The notes: generated from the sequence alone by a model not told the origin. A DNA stretch of 64,000 nucleotides from Deltaproteobacteria bacterium (GCA_021780225.1 JAJXZF010000017.1:13152-77151), one strand, 5' to 3'. Shown: positions 29,578 to 39,518, counted from the first letter of the stretch. Numbers and translations: made by a program.

Positions 29578-30183
29578 ATGGCGCGCACGGTAATTCCAAT
29601 CTATTTCGATTACGCCTCGACGCTGTGTTACGTGGCGTGGCGGATCGTCGGCGAGTTGCGCCGCGAACTCGACTTCGAACCGTTATGGAAGGGCGTGCCG
29701 ATTCGGCTGCGCGACGGCCGGACGCGGCCGGGCAACCGGCTCGGCGCGATCGAGAAGATGAAAATCGCGACGGTGATCGCCGAAACTGGAGTGGCGGTGA
29801 CGCCGCCCGAGAATTGGATCGATTCGCAAGCCGCACTCGAAGGATCGGAACTGGCGCGCGCGGCCGGCCGTTTCGACGCCTATCATGACGCCGTCTTCCG
29901 CGCGATTTTCGAGGAACGGAGCGATCTTTCCGATGCGCTGGCGCTTGGCGAAATCGCCGCGGCGGCGGGACTCGAGCGCGACGAGTTCCTCGCGGGCGTG
30001 CGGGCGGGCGCGATGCGCGGCCGGCTCGAAGAGCATCGCCGCGAAGCGGACAACTTCTCGGCGTTGGGCTATCCGGCGTTCGTGCTCGGCGACTATCCGC
30101 TTACCGGAATCCAGCCGAAAGAAACGATGCGCCTGGTGCTGGCGCGTTATCTCGCGCGCCGCTCCGCGGAGCCGGTGAATTGA
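29578..30183 (+). CDS. DsbA-family thioredoxin-fold protein (2-hydroxychromene-2-carboxylate isomerase-like)
   Basis: 201 aa. N-terminus IPIYFDYASTLCY is the DSBA-like/HCCA-isomerase pattern, with a single Cys. Confidence 0.78.
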   Translation: MARTVIPIYFDYASTLCYVAWRIVGELRRELDFEPLWKGVPIRLRDGRTRPGNRLGAIEKMKIATVIAETGVAVTPPENWIDSQAALEGSELARAAGRFDAYHDAVFRAIFEERSDLSDALALGEIAAAAGLERDEFLAGVRAGAMRGRLEEHRREADNFSALGYPAFVLGDYPLTGIQPKETMRLVLARYLARRSAEPVN

Positions 30184-30196
30184 TTACGCCTTCGTC

Positions 30197-31033
30197 TCAG
30201 CGGGACATGAAGATCGGGCAGGGGGCGTTGCGCAGCAGATATTCGGTGTTCGAGCCGAGCACCATCTCGATAAATCGGCTATGGCCGAAGGCGCCGACGA
30301 ATAAGAGATCGGCGTCGTAATCGCGAATCGCGCCGCTGATGCCCTCATTGGCGTGGCCGGGGATGAGATGGTAATCGGCTTTGAGCGGATACGGTTCGAG
30401 ATATTCCCGCGCCTGGGCGAGCGTGCGTTCGCCCAGTTTGGAATCCCGGGCGACGGTGATCACGGTCAGCGGCGTACCCAGAGTGATGCATAGTTCGGCC
30501 GCGGCGCGCATCGCGCGCGCGGCCCGATCGCTGCCGTCGTAGGCCAAGAGCGGGCGCGAAATCTCGCGATAGCGTATTGGCGAGACGAAGAGCGGGCGCG
30601 GCGATTTGCGCGCCACGCTTTCGGTCGCCGAGCCGAGCAGTCCGGACGAGAAACGTTCGTTGACGCCGCGATGGCCGATAATCACGAGGTCGGCCGACTT
30701 GGCGCGCTCGCAAATCTGGTTGGCGACCACGCCGATATCGAGCAGCGTTTCCGCCTCGATTCGTTCGTTGCGCGCGGCATACGCGAACTCGTCCAGCACG
30801 GCCTTGCCGCGGGCGTTCAGCACCTCGCGCATCTTTGAGGAAAAGTCCATGTAGGGTTCAAGTCCAAGCGAACCCGAGATATCATGCAGCAGCGAACCCT
30901 CGATCGAGACAATATCGACGACGTGCAGGCCGATCAGCGTGGCGCCGAGACGGCGCGCCAGATGGAACGCATAAACCTGCGCGGTGCGGGCGTGGTCGGA
31001 CGTATCGATGCCGACGAGAATCCGTTTGATCAT
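30197..31033 (-). CDS. universal stress protein, tandem UspA domains
   Basis: Start at the internal ATG (MIKRILVGIDTSDHA). Two Usp domains, with an ATP-binding motif in the second (GHANEGISGAIRDYDADLLFVGAFGHSRF...GSNTEYLLRNAPCPIF). Confidence 0.85.
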   Translation of the reverse strand: MIKRILVGIDTSDHARTAQVYAFHLARRLGATLIGLHVVDIVSIEGSLLHDISGSLGLEPYMDFSSKMREVLNARGKAVLDEFAYAARNERIEAETLLDIGVVANQICERAKSADLVIIGHRGVNERFSSGLLGSATESVARKSPRPLFVSPIRYREISRPLLAYDGSDRAARAMRAAAELCITLGTPLTVITVARDSKLGERTLAQAREYLEPYPLKADYHLIPGHANEGISGAIRDYDADLLFVGAFGHSRFIEMVLGSNTEYLLRNAPCPIFMSR

Positions 31034-31146
31034 CGAACGTATCCCCCGGTCCTGAATTTCGCGATACCATGCATGCACGGTCCTCTCAAGCCTGCGATTT
31101 GAAAAGAATCTGCGATGTCAGGACCCGGACGGTTGAAAGAGGCGCG

Positions 31147-31434
31147 ATGAGCACGGGCAAGGAAACGCGGTTGTTGGGTTTGGTGGACGAACTGGCGGAA
31201 GCGGCCAAGCGGCTCGGCCTTGAGGTGCGGCGCGAAAAGTTGCTGCGCGAAGTGGGCTATCGCGCGCGCGGAGGCGCCTGCCGACTGCGTCAGAAGGATC
31301 TGATAATTATCGACCGCGAGCAGCCAGCGGCGGAACAGATCGAGGTGCTGGCCGAGGCGATGCGCGGCCGCAATCTCGAAGAGCTTTACCTGTCTCCGGC
31401 CGCTCGACGAATCGTGCAGGCTACGCCGGAATAA
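31147..31434 (+). CDS. hypothetical protein (95 aa) immediately upstream of the fur-family gene
   Basis: Internal ATG of ORF 31069.. gives MSTGKETRLLGLVDELAEAAKRLGLEVRREKLL.... Ends 16 nt before the fur-family gene. No recognised family. Confidence 0.45.
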   Translation: MSTGKETRLLGLVDELAEAAKRLGLEVRREKLLREVGYRARGGACRLRQKDLIIIDREQPAAEQIEVLAEAMRGRNLEELYLSPAARRIVQATPE

Positions 31435-31449
31435 AAGGCGCGGAACGCG

Positions 31450-31956
31450 ATGGCGCAAGGCGAAGAAACGCATGAGCGCGCTCATCCGGCCCCGGAGCGG
31501 CGGTCTCGCAGCGGCGCCGAGGAACGGATGCTCAAGTTCCACGAGCGTTTGCGCGAACACGGGCTGAAATCGACCGGCCCGCGCGACGATATAGCACGCG
31601 TGTTCTTCGAACTCGGCCGCCATATCAGCGCGGAAGAGCTTTACGCCGAAGTCCGCAAGATCAATCCGCATGTCGGCTACGCGACCATCTATAGAACGCT
31701 TAAGCTGCTGAAGGACTGCAATCTCCTTTTCGAGCGCCATTTCGAAGAAGGGCAGGCGCGATACGAAGTGGCCGGAGAGCACCATCACGACCACTTCATC
31801 TGCGAAAACTGCGGCCGGATTATCGAATTCGAAAGCGACGAAATCGAACAGATGCAGGATTCGATCGCGAGTAGGCTCGGCGTCCTGCTGACGCATCACA
31901 AGCTGGAACTTTACGGGCTATGCGGGGAATGCCGCGCCAAACCATCGCCGCGATGA
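31450..31956 (+). CDS. fur: Fur-family transcriptional regulator (Fur/Zur/PerR type)
   Basis: Winged-helix N-domain and a metal-binding C-domain with HHHDHFICENCGRIIEF...LYGLCGEC. The true start may be the ATG at 31528 (MLKFHERL), which has GAGGAA 5 nt upstream. Confidence 0.85.
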   Translation: MAQGEETHERAHPAPERRSRSGAEERMLKFHERLREHGLKSTGPRDDIARVFFELGRHISAEELYAEVRKINPHVGYATIYRTLKLLKDCNLLFERHFEEGQARYEVAGEHHHDHFICENCGRIIEFESDEIEQMQDSIASRLGVLLTHHKLELYGLCGECRAKPSPR

Positions 31957-32712
31957 TCAGCGTCCGTCGATGACGATCGAACGGCGCACCGCGTGAAGAT
32001 CGATTTCGACTTCGAGGCCGATGACCGGCGGGCGCGCGAAATGCCACGTAAGCCCGTCTATGCCCGCGCTGAATCGCGTTAATAAAGACGGCATCAGGGG
32101 ATGAACATCGTGGACCGTGTAGAGGTTCACGGCGGTCGCATCCGCCCATCCGGCGCCGATCTTCTCCAGATGGCCGGACAGAGCGGCCAGCACCGCGTCG
32201 AGCTTGCGCGCGATCGCCGGCGGCGATACGTCGCCGCGCGCGACGACTTCCGGTCTTCCCGAGGCTCCCGGCGCGACTTCGGCCGCCCCGGACAGGACAA
32301 ACGTGGCGCCGGGACCGTCCGCCGGCGCCGCGAAGTAAAATCCGGCAAGCGCCGGAACGGCGACTTGAACCGCTTCGGGCGCGACGTTGGTGCGGGCGAC
32401 CGGAATCCGGCCGTCGATGACCAAGCCCCAATCCTTCATCCCATCGACGTAGGGACGGTTGAATTCCTCGAACTGGGCGGGAGTGAGCGGCGCCGGGATG
32501 CGCAGATGGATGCCGCAGAGCGCTTCGCGCGGCCGTCCGAGGCCGGCCAGGTAGCGCTCGGCGCGGGCGAAGCCGGCATTGAGCGGCATCGCGGGCCGGA
32601 GCGCGGCATGGACGATTTCAAAGCCCGCACTGGCGACGCATCCGGCGGAAAATGCCGGTCCGCCCGCAATAAACCTGTAGCCGCCTTTGGGATTTTCCAG
32701 CAGCATCGCCAT
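31957..32712 (-). CDS. hypothetical protein (251 aa)
   Basis: Start ATG at 32712 is preceded by GGGAGGG (MAMLLENPKGGYRFIAGG...). The C-terminal half has a loosely RidA/YjgF-like pattern, but the family is not recognised. Its stop codon overlaps the stop of the convergent fur-family gene (TGATCA). Confidence 0.5.
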   Translation of the reverse strand: MAMLLENPKGGYRFIAGGPAFSAGCVASAGFEIVHAALRPAMPLNAGFARAERYLAGLGRPREALCGIHLRIPAPLTPAQFEEFNRPYVDGMKDWGLVIDGRIPVARTNVAPEAVQVAVPALAGFYFAAPADGPGATFVLSGAAEVAPGASGRPEVVARGDVSPPAIARKLDAVLAALSGHLEKIGAGWADATAVNLYTVHDVHPLMPSLLTRFSAGIDGLTWHFARPPVIGLEVEIDLHAVRRSIVIDGR

Positions 32713-32969
32713 GCCCTCCCGATTCCGCCGCTTGCGGACTGGTCCGCAGCCTTGCAGGCTGGCACGACGCGGCGGGTTTCGCCAATGCGCGATTGGCGCC
32801 GCGGAAGATCTTTCGGAGTGTTGGATTCTAATAACATCTATTAGATAAAATCGAAATATTTGATAATCTGAAAGCAAATTGGCCGCCGCCCGAAACGTCC
32901 GCCCGCATGCAGGCGAACGATTTTGCGCAGTTGGACAATCGGGGGATCGCCAAAATCAGGGGATGGATC

Positions 32970-34019
32970 ATGGATGCGCAGAAACTCCAGGAACTGATGG
33001 GCCGGATGGTGGGCGAGCTTGGCGCCGCGTCGGGAGCCGCGCTGGTTCTGATCGGCGACGAGTTGGGGCTTTACAAGGCGCTGGCGCAAGCCGGACCGTC
33101 AACGTCCGCGGAGCTGGCCGCGCGGACCGGATGCGCCGAGCGCTACGTCCGCGAATGGCTCGCCGCGCAGGCGGCGGCCGGGTATGTCGAGTACGACGCG
33201 GCCGCCGGGAAATTCTCGATGACGCCTGAGCAGGCCGCGGTCTTCGCCGACGAGAACGGTCCCGCATTCATGGTGGGCGCCTTCGACTTGGTGGGCGCGT
33301 CGATCCGGGACATCCCGTTGATCACGGCCGCGTTTCGCAGCGGCCAGGGCGTTGGCTGGCATGAGCACGATCCGGCGTTGTTCCGGGGCGTGGCGCGATT
33401 TTTCCGTTCCAGCTATGCAACTCACCTGTTGAGCGAATGGATTCCGGCGCTCGACGGCGTCGAAGCGCGGCTGCGGGATGGGGCCCGCGTCGCGGACGTC
33501 GGATGCGGCCACGGCGTAACGACCGTGCTGATGGCGCGCGCGTTTCCGCGATCCGAATTCGTGGGCTTCGATTATCATCGGCCGTCGATCGAGCAGGCGC
33601 GAAAATTGGCGGGCGAGGCGGGCGTCGGCAACGTCGTCTTCGATACCGCCGCGGCCAAAGATTATCCCGGAGCGGGATATGACCTCGTCGCGTTTTTCGA
33701 TTGCTTGCACGACATGGGCGATCCGGTCGGCGCGGCGGCCCACGTTTATCGGTCGCTCAAGCCCGACGGCGTATTCATGCTGGTCGAGCCGCGCGCGGGC
33801 GATCGCCTGGAGGAGAATCTGAATCCGATCGGACGAATTTTTTACGCCGCTTCGACGACGGTCTGCACGCCGGCATCGATGGCGCAGGAGGTCGGGATGG
33901 CGCTGGGCGCGCAGGCAGGCGAACGCCGGATGCGCGAGGTGGCGCAGGCGGCGGGATTCAGCCGGTTCCGGCGCGCGATCGAGACTCCGTTCAACGCCGT
34001 CTTTGAAGTGCGCCCCTAG
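32970..34019 (+). CDS. class I SAM-dependent methyltransferase with N-terminal winged-helix dimerisation domain
   Basis: ATG at 32970 (MDAQKLQELMGRMVGEL) has AGGGGATGG upstream. SAM motif I VADVGCGHGVTTVLMARAF and motif II DLVAFFDCLHDMGDP. Confidence 0.8.
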   Translation: MDAQKLQELMGRMVGELGAASGAALVLIGDELGLYKALAQAGPSTSAELAARTGCAERYVREWLAAQAAAGYVEYDAAAGKFSMTPEQAAVFADENGPAFMVGAFDLVGASIRDIPLITAAFRSGQGVGWHEHDPALFRGVARFFRSSYATHLLSEWIPALDGVEARLRDGARVADVGCGHGVTTVLMARAFPRSEFVGFDYHRPSIEQARKLAGEAGVGNVVFDTAAAKDYPGAGYDLVAFFDCLHDMGDPVGAAAHVYRSLKPDGVFMLVEPRAGDRLEENLNPIGRIFYAASTTVCTPASMAQEVGMALGAQAGERRMREVAQAAGFSRFRRAIETPFNAVFEVRP

Positions 34020-34138
34020 CGTGATGTCCGGCAAATAACTTCCATTTGACGCTTTATCGGCTCGGCGCGCAGGTTGCCCAACGCGGGGCGACCAAGGATG
34101 GATTGCCGGGTCTGGGCCCGGCAATGACGAACAGAGCT

Positions 34139-34213
34139 GGTCATGCCCGGACTTGATCCGGGCATCCACGCGGAACGCAAGATCGACGCGGAGCGAAAAC
34201 TTATTTGCGGGAC
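34139..34213. repeat. composite intergenic palindromic repeat, locus B: GGTCATGCCCGGACTTGATCCGGGCATCC ... AAACTTATTTGCGGGAC
   Basis: Inverted repeat CCCGGA/TCCGGG at 34139-34167, near-identical to 13522-13549. AAACTTATTTGCGGGAC at 34197-34213 is identical to 47360-47376. Extra hairpins flank it (GCCGGGTCTGGGCCCGGC at 34104-34121; GACGCCGCACTAGCGTC at 34212-34228). Confidence 0.7.
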
Positions 34214-34363
34214 GCCGCACTAGCGTCCAAGGCGTTGATTATTGACCGACAGGTGTGCGAATGAACAGTGTACGCGGCTGGATTCTGGTTATTCGGGCGC
34301 CGCAAGGCGGCTGACGAGTTTCGAAGCAGGGTCACGCGCGATCCACGCCCAGGGAGCTTCAAT

Positions 34364-35608
34364 ATGGAGCAGCAGGCGCAAATGCTCAAAGGCTATCACG
34401 TACTCGACTTCACCCATTTTGTCGCGGGACCAACCTGCACGCGAATCATGGCGGAATTGGGCGCCGACGTGATCAAGGTCGAACGGTCGCCCTCGGGCGA
34501 CCACGTGCGCCGGCTCGGTCTCGTCAAAGACGGGATGAGCACCTATTACTTTCAGCACAGCCACAGCAAACGGAGCTTGGGGATCGATCTGCGCAAACCG
34601 CGCGCGAAGGAATTGATCCTCGCGATGATTCCGAAAATCGACGTGGTGGTGGAGAATTTCGCCCCTGGCGTGATTGGCGCGATGGGCTTCGGCTACGAAA
34701 CGCTCAGCAAGATCAATCCGAAGCTGGTGATGTGCTCGATTTCGGTCGCGGGACAGAACGGTCCGCTCAGCAAGCGGCCGGGCTACGATTTTATCGGTTC
34801 GGCGTTCGCCGGCGTGACCGACCTGCTGGGCGAACCCGATCGTCCGCCGATCGTGCCGACGATGGCGATCGGCGACGTATCGACGGGCGTGTCCGCCGCG
34901 ATGGCGGTCGGCTTCGCGCTGCTCAACGCCGAACGCACCGGCAAGGGGCAGTACCTCGATGCGTCGCTGATGGACACCTATTTCCACATGCACGAAATGA
35001 GCGTGCCGGTGCTTTCGCTGCGGCCCGACACCTACAAGCCGCGGCGCAACGGCTCGCAGCATCCGGTGGGCAGCCCGTCCGGCGTGTTCAAGGCGAAGGA
35101 CGGCTATATCATGCTGTTGGTGCAGCAGCATGAATTCCCGCGGCTGGCGCGCGCGATGGGGATGCCGGAGCTGCTCCACGACGAGCGTTTTCGCACCAAC
35201 GGACGGCGCGTGCGCAACAACGCGGCGATGAAGGAATTGATCGAGAACTGGTTCGCGACCTTCCCCGATCGCGACGCGGCGGTCGCGGCGCTCGACCAGG
35301 AGCGCGTGCCTTGCGCTCCGGTTTATTCGATTCAGGAGGCCGTCGCCCATCCGCATATGCGCCAGCGCGGGACCGTGCGGCGGGTCAGCGATCCGCGCTT
35401 CGGCGAATTCGACCTGCCCGCGATGCCGGTGAAGTTTTCGAACTATCCCGATCGTACCGAGCTGCGGGCGGCGCTGGTCGGCGAGGACAACGAAACGGTG
35501 ATGCGCGAGCTGCTGGGATTGAACGACGCGCAAATCGCCGAGCTTCATACCGAGCAGGTGTTGCTGAAAGCGCCGGCGAACGCCGCCGATGCCGAACACG
35601 CGATTTAA
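34364..35608 (+). CDS. CoA transferase, family III (CaiB/BaiF-like)
   Basis: ATG at 34364 (MEQQAQMLKGYHVLDFTHFVAGPTCTRIMAELGADVIKVE) has AGGGA upstream. The family-III glycine-rich loop and catalytic Asp region are present. Confidence 0.85.
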   Translation: MEQQAQMLKGYHVLDFTHFVAGPTCTRIMAELGADVIKVERSPSGDHVRRLGLVKDGMSTYYFQHSHSKRSLGIDLRKPRAKELILAMIPKIDVVVENFAPGVIGAMGFGYETLSKINPKLVMCSISVAGQNGPLSKRPGYDFIGSAFAGVTDLLGEPDRPPIVPTMAIGDVSTGVSAAMAVGFALLNAERTGKGQYLDASLMDTYFHMHEMSVPVLSLRPDTYKPRRNGSQHPVGSPSGVFKAKDGYIMLLVQQHEFPRLARAMGMPELLHDERFRTNGRRVRNNAAMKELIENWFATFPDRDAAVAALDQERVPCAPVYSIQEAVAHPHMRQRGTVRRVSDPRFGEFDLPAMPVKFSNYPDRTELRAALVGEDNETVMRELLGLNDAQIAELHTEQVLLKAPANAADAEHAI

Positions 35609-35759
35609 ATGAAAATCGGCATGTCGATTCGCGGTGCGCTAAGATCGCGTCCGCGGACATAGGACATATGCGGCGGCCATGCCGCGGCCGAACGAGACCA
35701 GCCGGCGAAAGCGACCGAAAGGCGCAAATCGCCGCGTATAACAGGAGGATTCGCGTCAG

Positions 35760-36551
35760 ATGGCGGAATGGACCGAGGAAATCACCCATGTCGCGGGGAC
35801 TGACCTCGCAATCATCAAGGGCGGCCAGGGCAAACCCCTGCTGATCCTGCACGAGGAACTGGGGCATCCGGGTTGGATGTCGTATCACCAGGCTCTGGCG
35901 AAAGAGCGTACGCTGGTGATTCCGGTTCAACCGGGGATGGGCAAGTCGCCGAAGGTCGAGCAGATTCGCACCGTGCACGAGCTTGGACTGTTCTATCTCT
36001 GGGCGCTGCGCGAATTGAATCTCGGACCGATCGACGTGCTCGGATTTTCATTCGGCGCGTGGATCGCGGCGGAGATGGCGACGGCGGACAGCAAGGCCTT
36101 TCGCAAGATGGTTCTGACGGCGCCGCCCGGAATCAAACCGCCCGACGGCGACATCATGGACATTTTCGCCGTGACCATCGGCGTCCAGCTCAACGCGACG
36201 ATTGACGACGCCGAAGCGACGCCCGAATTCCGCAAGCTCTACGGCGGCGAGCGCACGCCGGAGCAGTTCGAGGCGTTCGAGGATGCGCGCACGGAGACCG
36301 CGCGGATCGCGTGGGATCCGATCCTTCACAATCCGAGCCTGCCCTATTTCCTGCAGGGCGTGCGCGGACTGCCGATCCAGATAATCTGGGGCCGCGAGGA
36401 CGCCGTGGTGCCGGTCAGCGCGGCGGAAGCCTATCGGCAGGCGCTGGCGAACACGGACGTCAAGGTTACAATTTTCGAGCACTGCGGCCATCGGCCGGAG
36501 ATCGAAAAGGGTCCCGAGTTCGTCAAACTGGTGCGTGAATTTCTCGCTTGA
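35760..36551 (+). CDS. alpha/beta-fold hydrolase
   Basis: 263 aa. AGGAGG upstream. Nucleophile elbow GFSFGAW and a C-terminal His (FEHCGHRPEIE). Confidence 0.8.
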   Translation: MAEWTEEITHVAGTDLAIIKGGQGKPLLILHEELGHPGWMSYHQALAKERTLVIPVQPGMGKSPKVEQIRTVHELGLFYLWALRELNLGPIDVLGFSFGAWIAAEMATADSKAFRKMVLTAPPGIKPPDGDIMDIFAVTIGVQLNATIDDAEATPEFRKLYGGERTPEQFEAFEDARTETARIAWDPILHNPSLPYFLQGVRGLPIQIIWGREDAVVPVSAAEAYRQALANTDVKVTIFEHCGHRPEIEKGPEFVKLVREFLA

Positions 36552-36578
36552 GCGGGCGGCGCGAAAGGAGAGCCATCG

Positions 36579-37982
36579 ATGCATCTGATGTATTTCACGG
36601 AGCGGCCGTATCGCGACGTTCCGGAGGAAGAAGTAATCCGCAATCGCAGTTTCTTCGGCGTGCCGAACCGCTTTTACGATCCCGAGGCGGGGGCGCGGCT
36701 GTACAACGAATATCTCGATGAAGCCTGCTATGCCGAAGAGGTCGGTTTCGACGGCCTCATGCTGAACGAGCATCACGGCACGCCCTTCTGCATGGGGGCC
36801 GTGATGAACGTCGAGGCGGCGATTCTCGCGCGCATCACGAAAAAAGCGCGGATCGTGTTGCTCGGAAATCCGCTGCCGGTGGTGAAGAACCCGGTGCGGC
36901 TGGCCGAGGAGCTGGCGGAGATCGATCTGATATCGAAAGGCCGGCTGGTGCCGGGATGGGTGCGCGGCGCCGGCAGCGAGCAGATTTTCAATCAGGCCAA
37001 TCCCGCCTACAACCGCGAGTATTTCAACGAAGCGCACGATTTGGTGATGGCGTGCTGGACGCGGCCGGGACCGTTCCGATGGGAGGGCAAGCATTTCAAT
37101 TTCCGTTACGTGAATCCGTGGGTGTTGCCGTATCAGAAGCCGCGTCCGCCAATCTGGATTCCCGGCGTGATCAGCGCCGAGACGGTGGTATGGTGCGCGA
37201 AGCATCGCTATCCCTACGTCGGTCTCGGCACCGCCCTGCAATCGACCGTCGAACTGTGGAATCTCTACGGCCAGACGGCCGCCGAAGAGGGCTATCAGGC
37301 GGGCACCGAGAATTTCGGCTACTTGCAGCAGATTCATCTGGCGGAAACCGAAGAACAGGCGCAGGAGCAGGGTAAAGCCGCCCTGTTCGGCGGCGGCGCG
37401 GCCAATTTTTCGCGGCCGGAATGGACGCTGCCGCCGGGCTACAACTCGAAGGAGGCGACCCGCCGCCTCGCGCGTCAGGCGACGGACTACGGCTTTCTCG
37501 GCATCACGTCGGAGAAGCTGAAAGAGGCGCAATCCGGCGACGTGCGGCACATCGGATTGCCGCGCGACAAGAAAGACACGCGCGCCCGCCTGCGCAGCGG
37601 CCAGATTTCGATCGAGGAAGCCAAGCGCAAGATTTACGGCAACTATCAGAAGGCGCAGGACGGCCTGCAGATCGTTATCGGCACGCCGAAGAGCGTGATT
37701 CCCAAGCTCAAGCTGATCATGGAAGTGCTGCGGCCGGGAATTCTTGGCCTGTTTCAGGCGCAGGGGCCATTGACGACCGAGCAGCGAACGACCAGCGTGC
37801 GGCTGATGGGTCAGGAGGTGTTGCCGGCAGTGCGCGAGATCGCGCGCGGCCTCGGGATCGTCGATCCCTTCGAGCGCGAGCCGGGTTCGCGGCCTTACAC
37901 CTCGGGAACGGGTTACGAGCCGCTGGTCGATCTGGAGGCGCTCAAGCGCGCGCCCAAGCGCGACGAATCGGTGCGGGTCTAG
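36579..37982 (+). CDS. LLM-class flavin-dependent oxidoreductase (luciferase-like monooxygenase), paralog 1
   Basis: 467 aa. AAGGAGAG upstream. MHLMYFTERPYRDVPEEEV...MLNEHHGTPFCMGAVMNVEAAILARITKKARIVLLGNPLP. About 75% identical to the next gene. Confidence 0.85.
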   Translation: MHLMYFTERPYRDVPEEEVIRNRSFFGVPNRFYDPEAGARLYNEYLDEACYAEEVGFDGLMLNEHHGTPFCMGAVMNVEAAILARITKKARIVLLGNPLPVVKNPVRLAEELAEIDLISKGRLVPGWVRGAGSEQIFNQANPAYNREYFNEAHDLVMACWTRPGPFRWEGKHFNFRYVNPWVLPYQKPRPPIWIPGVISAETVVWCAKHRYPYVGLGTALQSTVELWNLYGQTAAEEGYQAGTENFGYLQQIHLAETEEQAQEQGKAALFGGGAANFSRPEWTLPPGYNSKEATRRLARQATDYGFLGITSEKLKEAQSGDVRHIGLPRDKKDTRARLRSGQISIEEAKRKIYGNYQKAQDGLQIVIGTPKSVIPKLKLIMEVLRPGILGLFQAQGPLTTEQRTTSVRLMGQEVLPAVREIARGLGIVDPFEREPGSRPYTSGTGYEPLVDLEALKRAPKRDESVRV

Positions 37983-38033
37983 GCGCGCCGGTTGAGATGA
38001 AGGCCACTCGGCTGACAACCAGGAGATAACGCA

Positions 38034-39416
38034 ATGATCCTGATGTATTTCACGGAACGGCCGTATCGGGAGGTTCCCGAAGAAGAGGTTATCAAGAATC
38101 GCGGTTTCTTCGGCGTGCCGAACCGCTTTTTCGATCGCGAAGCCGGTTCGCGATTGTACAACGAATATCTCGACGAGATGGTCTATGCGGAGGACGCCGG
38201 CTTCGACGCGATCATGCTCAACGAGCATCACGGGACGCCCTTTTGCATGGGCGCGGTGATGAACGTGGAGGCGGCGATCCTCGCGCGCATCACGAAGAAG
38301 GCGAAAATCGTGTTGCTCGGCAATCCGCTGCCGACCTTCAAGAATCCGCTCAGAATCGCGGAGGAATTGGCGGAAATCGATTGCATCTCGCGCGGCCGGC
38401 TGGTGCCCGGATGGGTCCGCGGAGCGGGCAGCGAGTCGATCTTCAATCAGGCCAATCCAGCCTACAATCGCGAACGCTTCGAGGAAGCGCACGATCTGAT
38501 TCTGGCCGCATGGACGCGGCCGGGACCGTTCCGATGGGAGGGCAAGCACTTCAACTACCGCTTCGTGAATCCATGGGTGACGCCCTACCAGAAGCCGCAT
38601 CCGCCGATCATGATTCCGGGCGTCTTAAGCCCGGAGACGGTGGTCTGGTGTGCGAAGCATCGTTACCCCTACCTCGGCCTCGGCACCGCGCTGTCGGCGA
38701 CGGCCGAGCTGTGGAACATCTACGGCGACACGGCGGCGAACGAAGGCTACGTCGCCGGTTCGGAGAATTTCGGCTACTTGCAGCACGTCTTTGTGGCCGA
38801 GACCGAGGAGAAGGCGCAGGAACTCGGCAAGGCGCATCTGTTCGGCGGGGGACAGGGCGCATTTTCCCGTCCGGAACATACGCTGCCGCCGGGCTACAAC
38901 TCGAAGGAAGCGACGCGCCGGCTCGCGCGCACGATGACCGCCGGATCGGGCGGGTTTCTCGGCGTCAGCTCGGAACAGCTCAACCGCGCCAAATCCAACG
39001 CCGAGCCGGGCAATTTGCAGGCGGTCGCGGACAGCACGCGGCGGCGGCTGGCGCGCGGCGAAGCCTCGATCGAGGAAGCGCGCGCCGCCATCTACCGCAG
39101 CTATCAGAAGGCGCAAGACGGCCTGCAGATCATTACCGGTACGCCCAAGACCGTCATTCCGAAGATCCGCAAGATTCTCGAAGTTCTGCGGCCGGGAGTG
39201 TTCGGCGTTTTCCAGAGCCAGGGTCCGGTCAGCTTCGAGGATCGCATGACCAGCATCCGGCTGCTCGGGCAGGAGGTGCTGCCCGCCGTGCGCGAAATCG
39301 GCAAGGAACTGGGCATCGTCGATTCGTTCGAGCGCAAGCCGGGCGCGCGGCCGTACACTCCGGGCGCGCAGCGCGATCAACTGGTGTCGCTGGAGCCGCT
39401 GCGGGCGCAGGCTTGA
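38034..39416 (+). CDS. LLM-class flavin-dependent oxidoreductase (luciferase-like monooxygenase), paralog 2
   Basis: 460 aa. AGGAGA upstream. Collinear with paralog 1 (MILMYFTERPYREVPEEEV...), so a tandem duplication. Confidence 0.85.
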   Translation: MILMYFTERPYREVPEEEVIKNRGFFGVPNRFFDREAGSRLYNEYLDEMVYAEDAGFDAIMLNEHHGTPFCMGAVMNVEAAILARITKKAKIVLLGNPLPTFKNPLRIAEELAEIDCISRGRLVPGWVRGAGSESIFNQANPAYNRERFEEAHDLILAAWTRPGPFRWEGKHFNYRFVNPWVTPYQKPHPPIMIPGVLSPETVVWCAKHRYPYLGLGTALSATAELWNIYGDTAANEGYVAGSENFGYLQHVFVAETEEKAQELGKAHLFGGGQGAFSRPEHTLPPGYNSKEATRRLARTMTAGSGGFLGVSSEQLNRAKSNAEPGNLQAVADSTRRRLARGEASIEEARAAIYRSYQKAQDGLQIITGTPKTVIPKIRKILEVLRPGVFGVFQSQGPVSFEDRMTSIRLLGQEVLPAVREIGKELGIVDSFERKPGARPYTPGAQRDQLVSLEPLRAQA

Positions 39417-39479
39417 ACCGTATCGATTCGGCTTGAAACGATCGCGCGGCCGGATCCACCGGCGGCGCGAAGACGATTC

Positions 39480-39518
39480 GGCGGCGGGCGCTCTATGTGA
39501 CGCTCGCCGCCTTTTTTA
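39480..39518 (+). terminator. Rho-independent terminator after the second LLM gene
   Basis: GGCGGCGGGCGCTCTATGTGACGCTCGCCGCC stem-loop followed by TTTTTTAT. Confidence 0.7.

Noticed and set aside
36048-38600. 850-aa minus-strand ORF spanning both LLM oxidoreductase genes
   Set aside because: It is antisense to two well-supported plus-strand genes that have strong ribosome-binding sites and clear family motifs. Its Arg/Ala/Gly-rich composition is typical of stop-free antisense frames in ~68% GC DNA.
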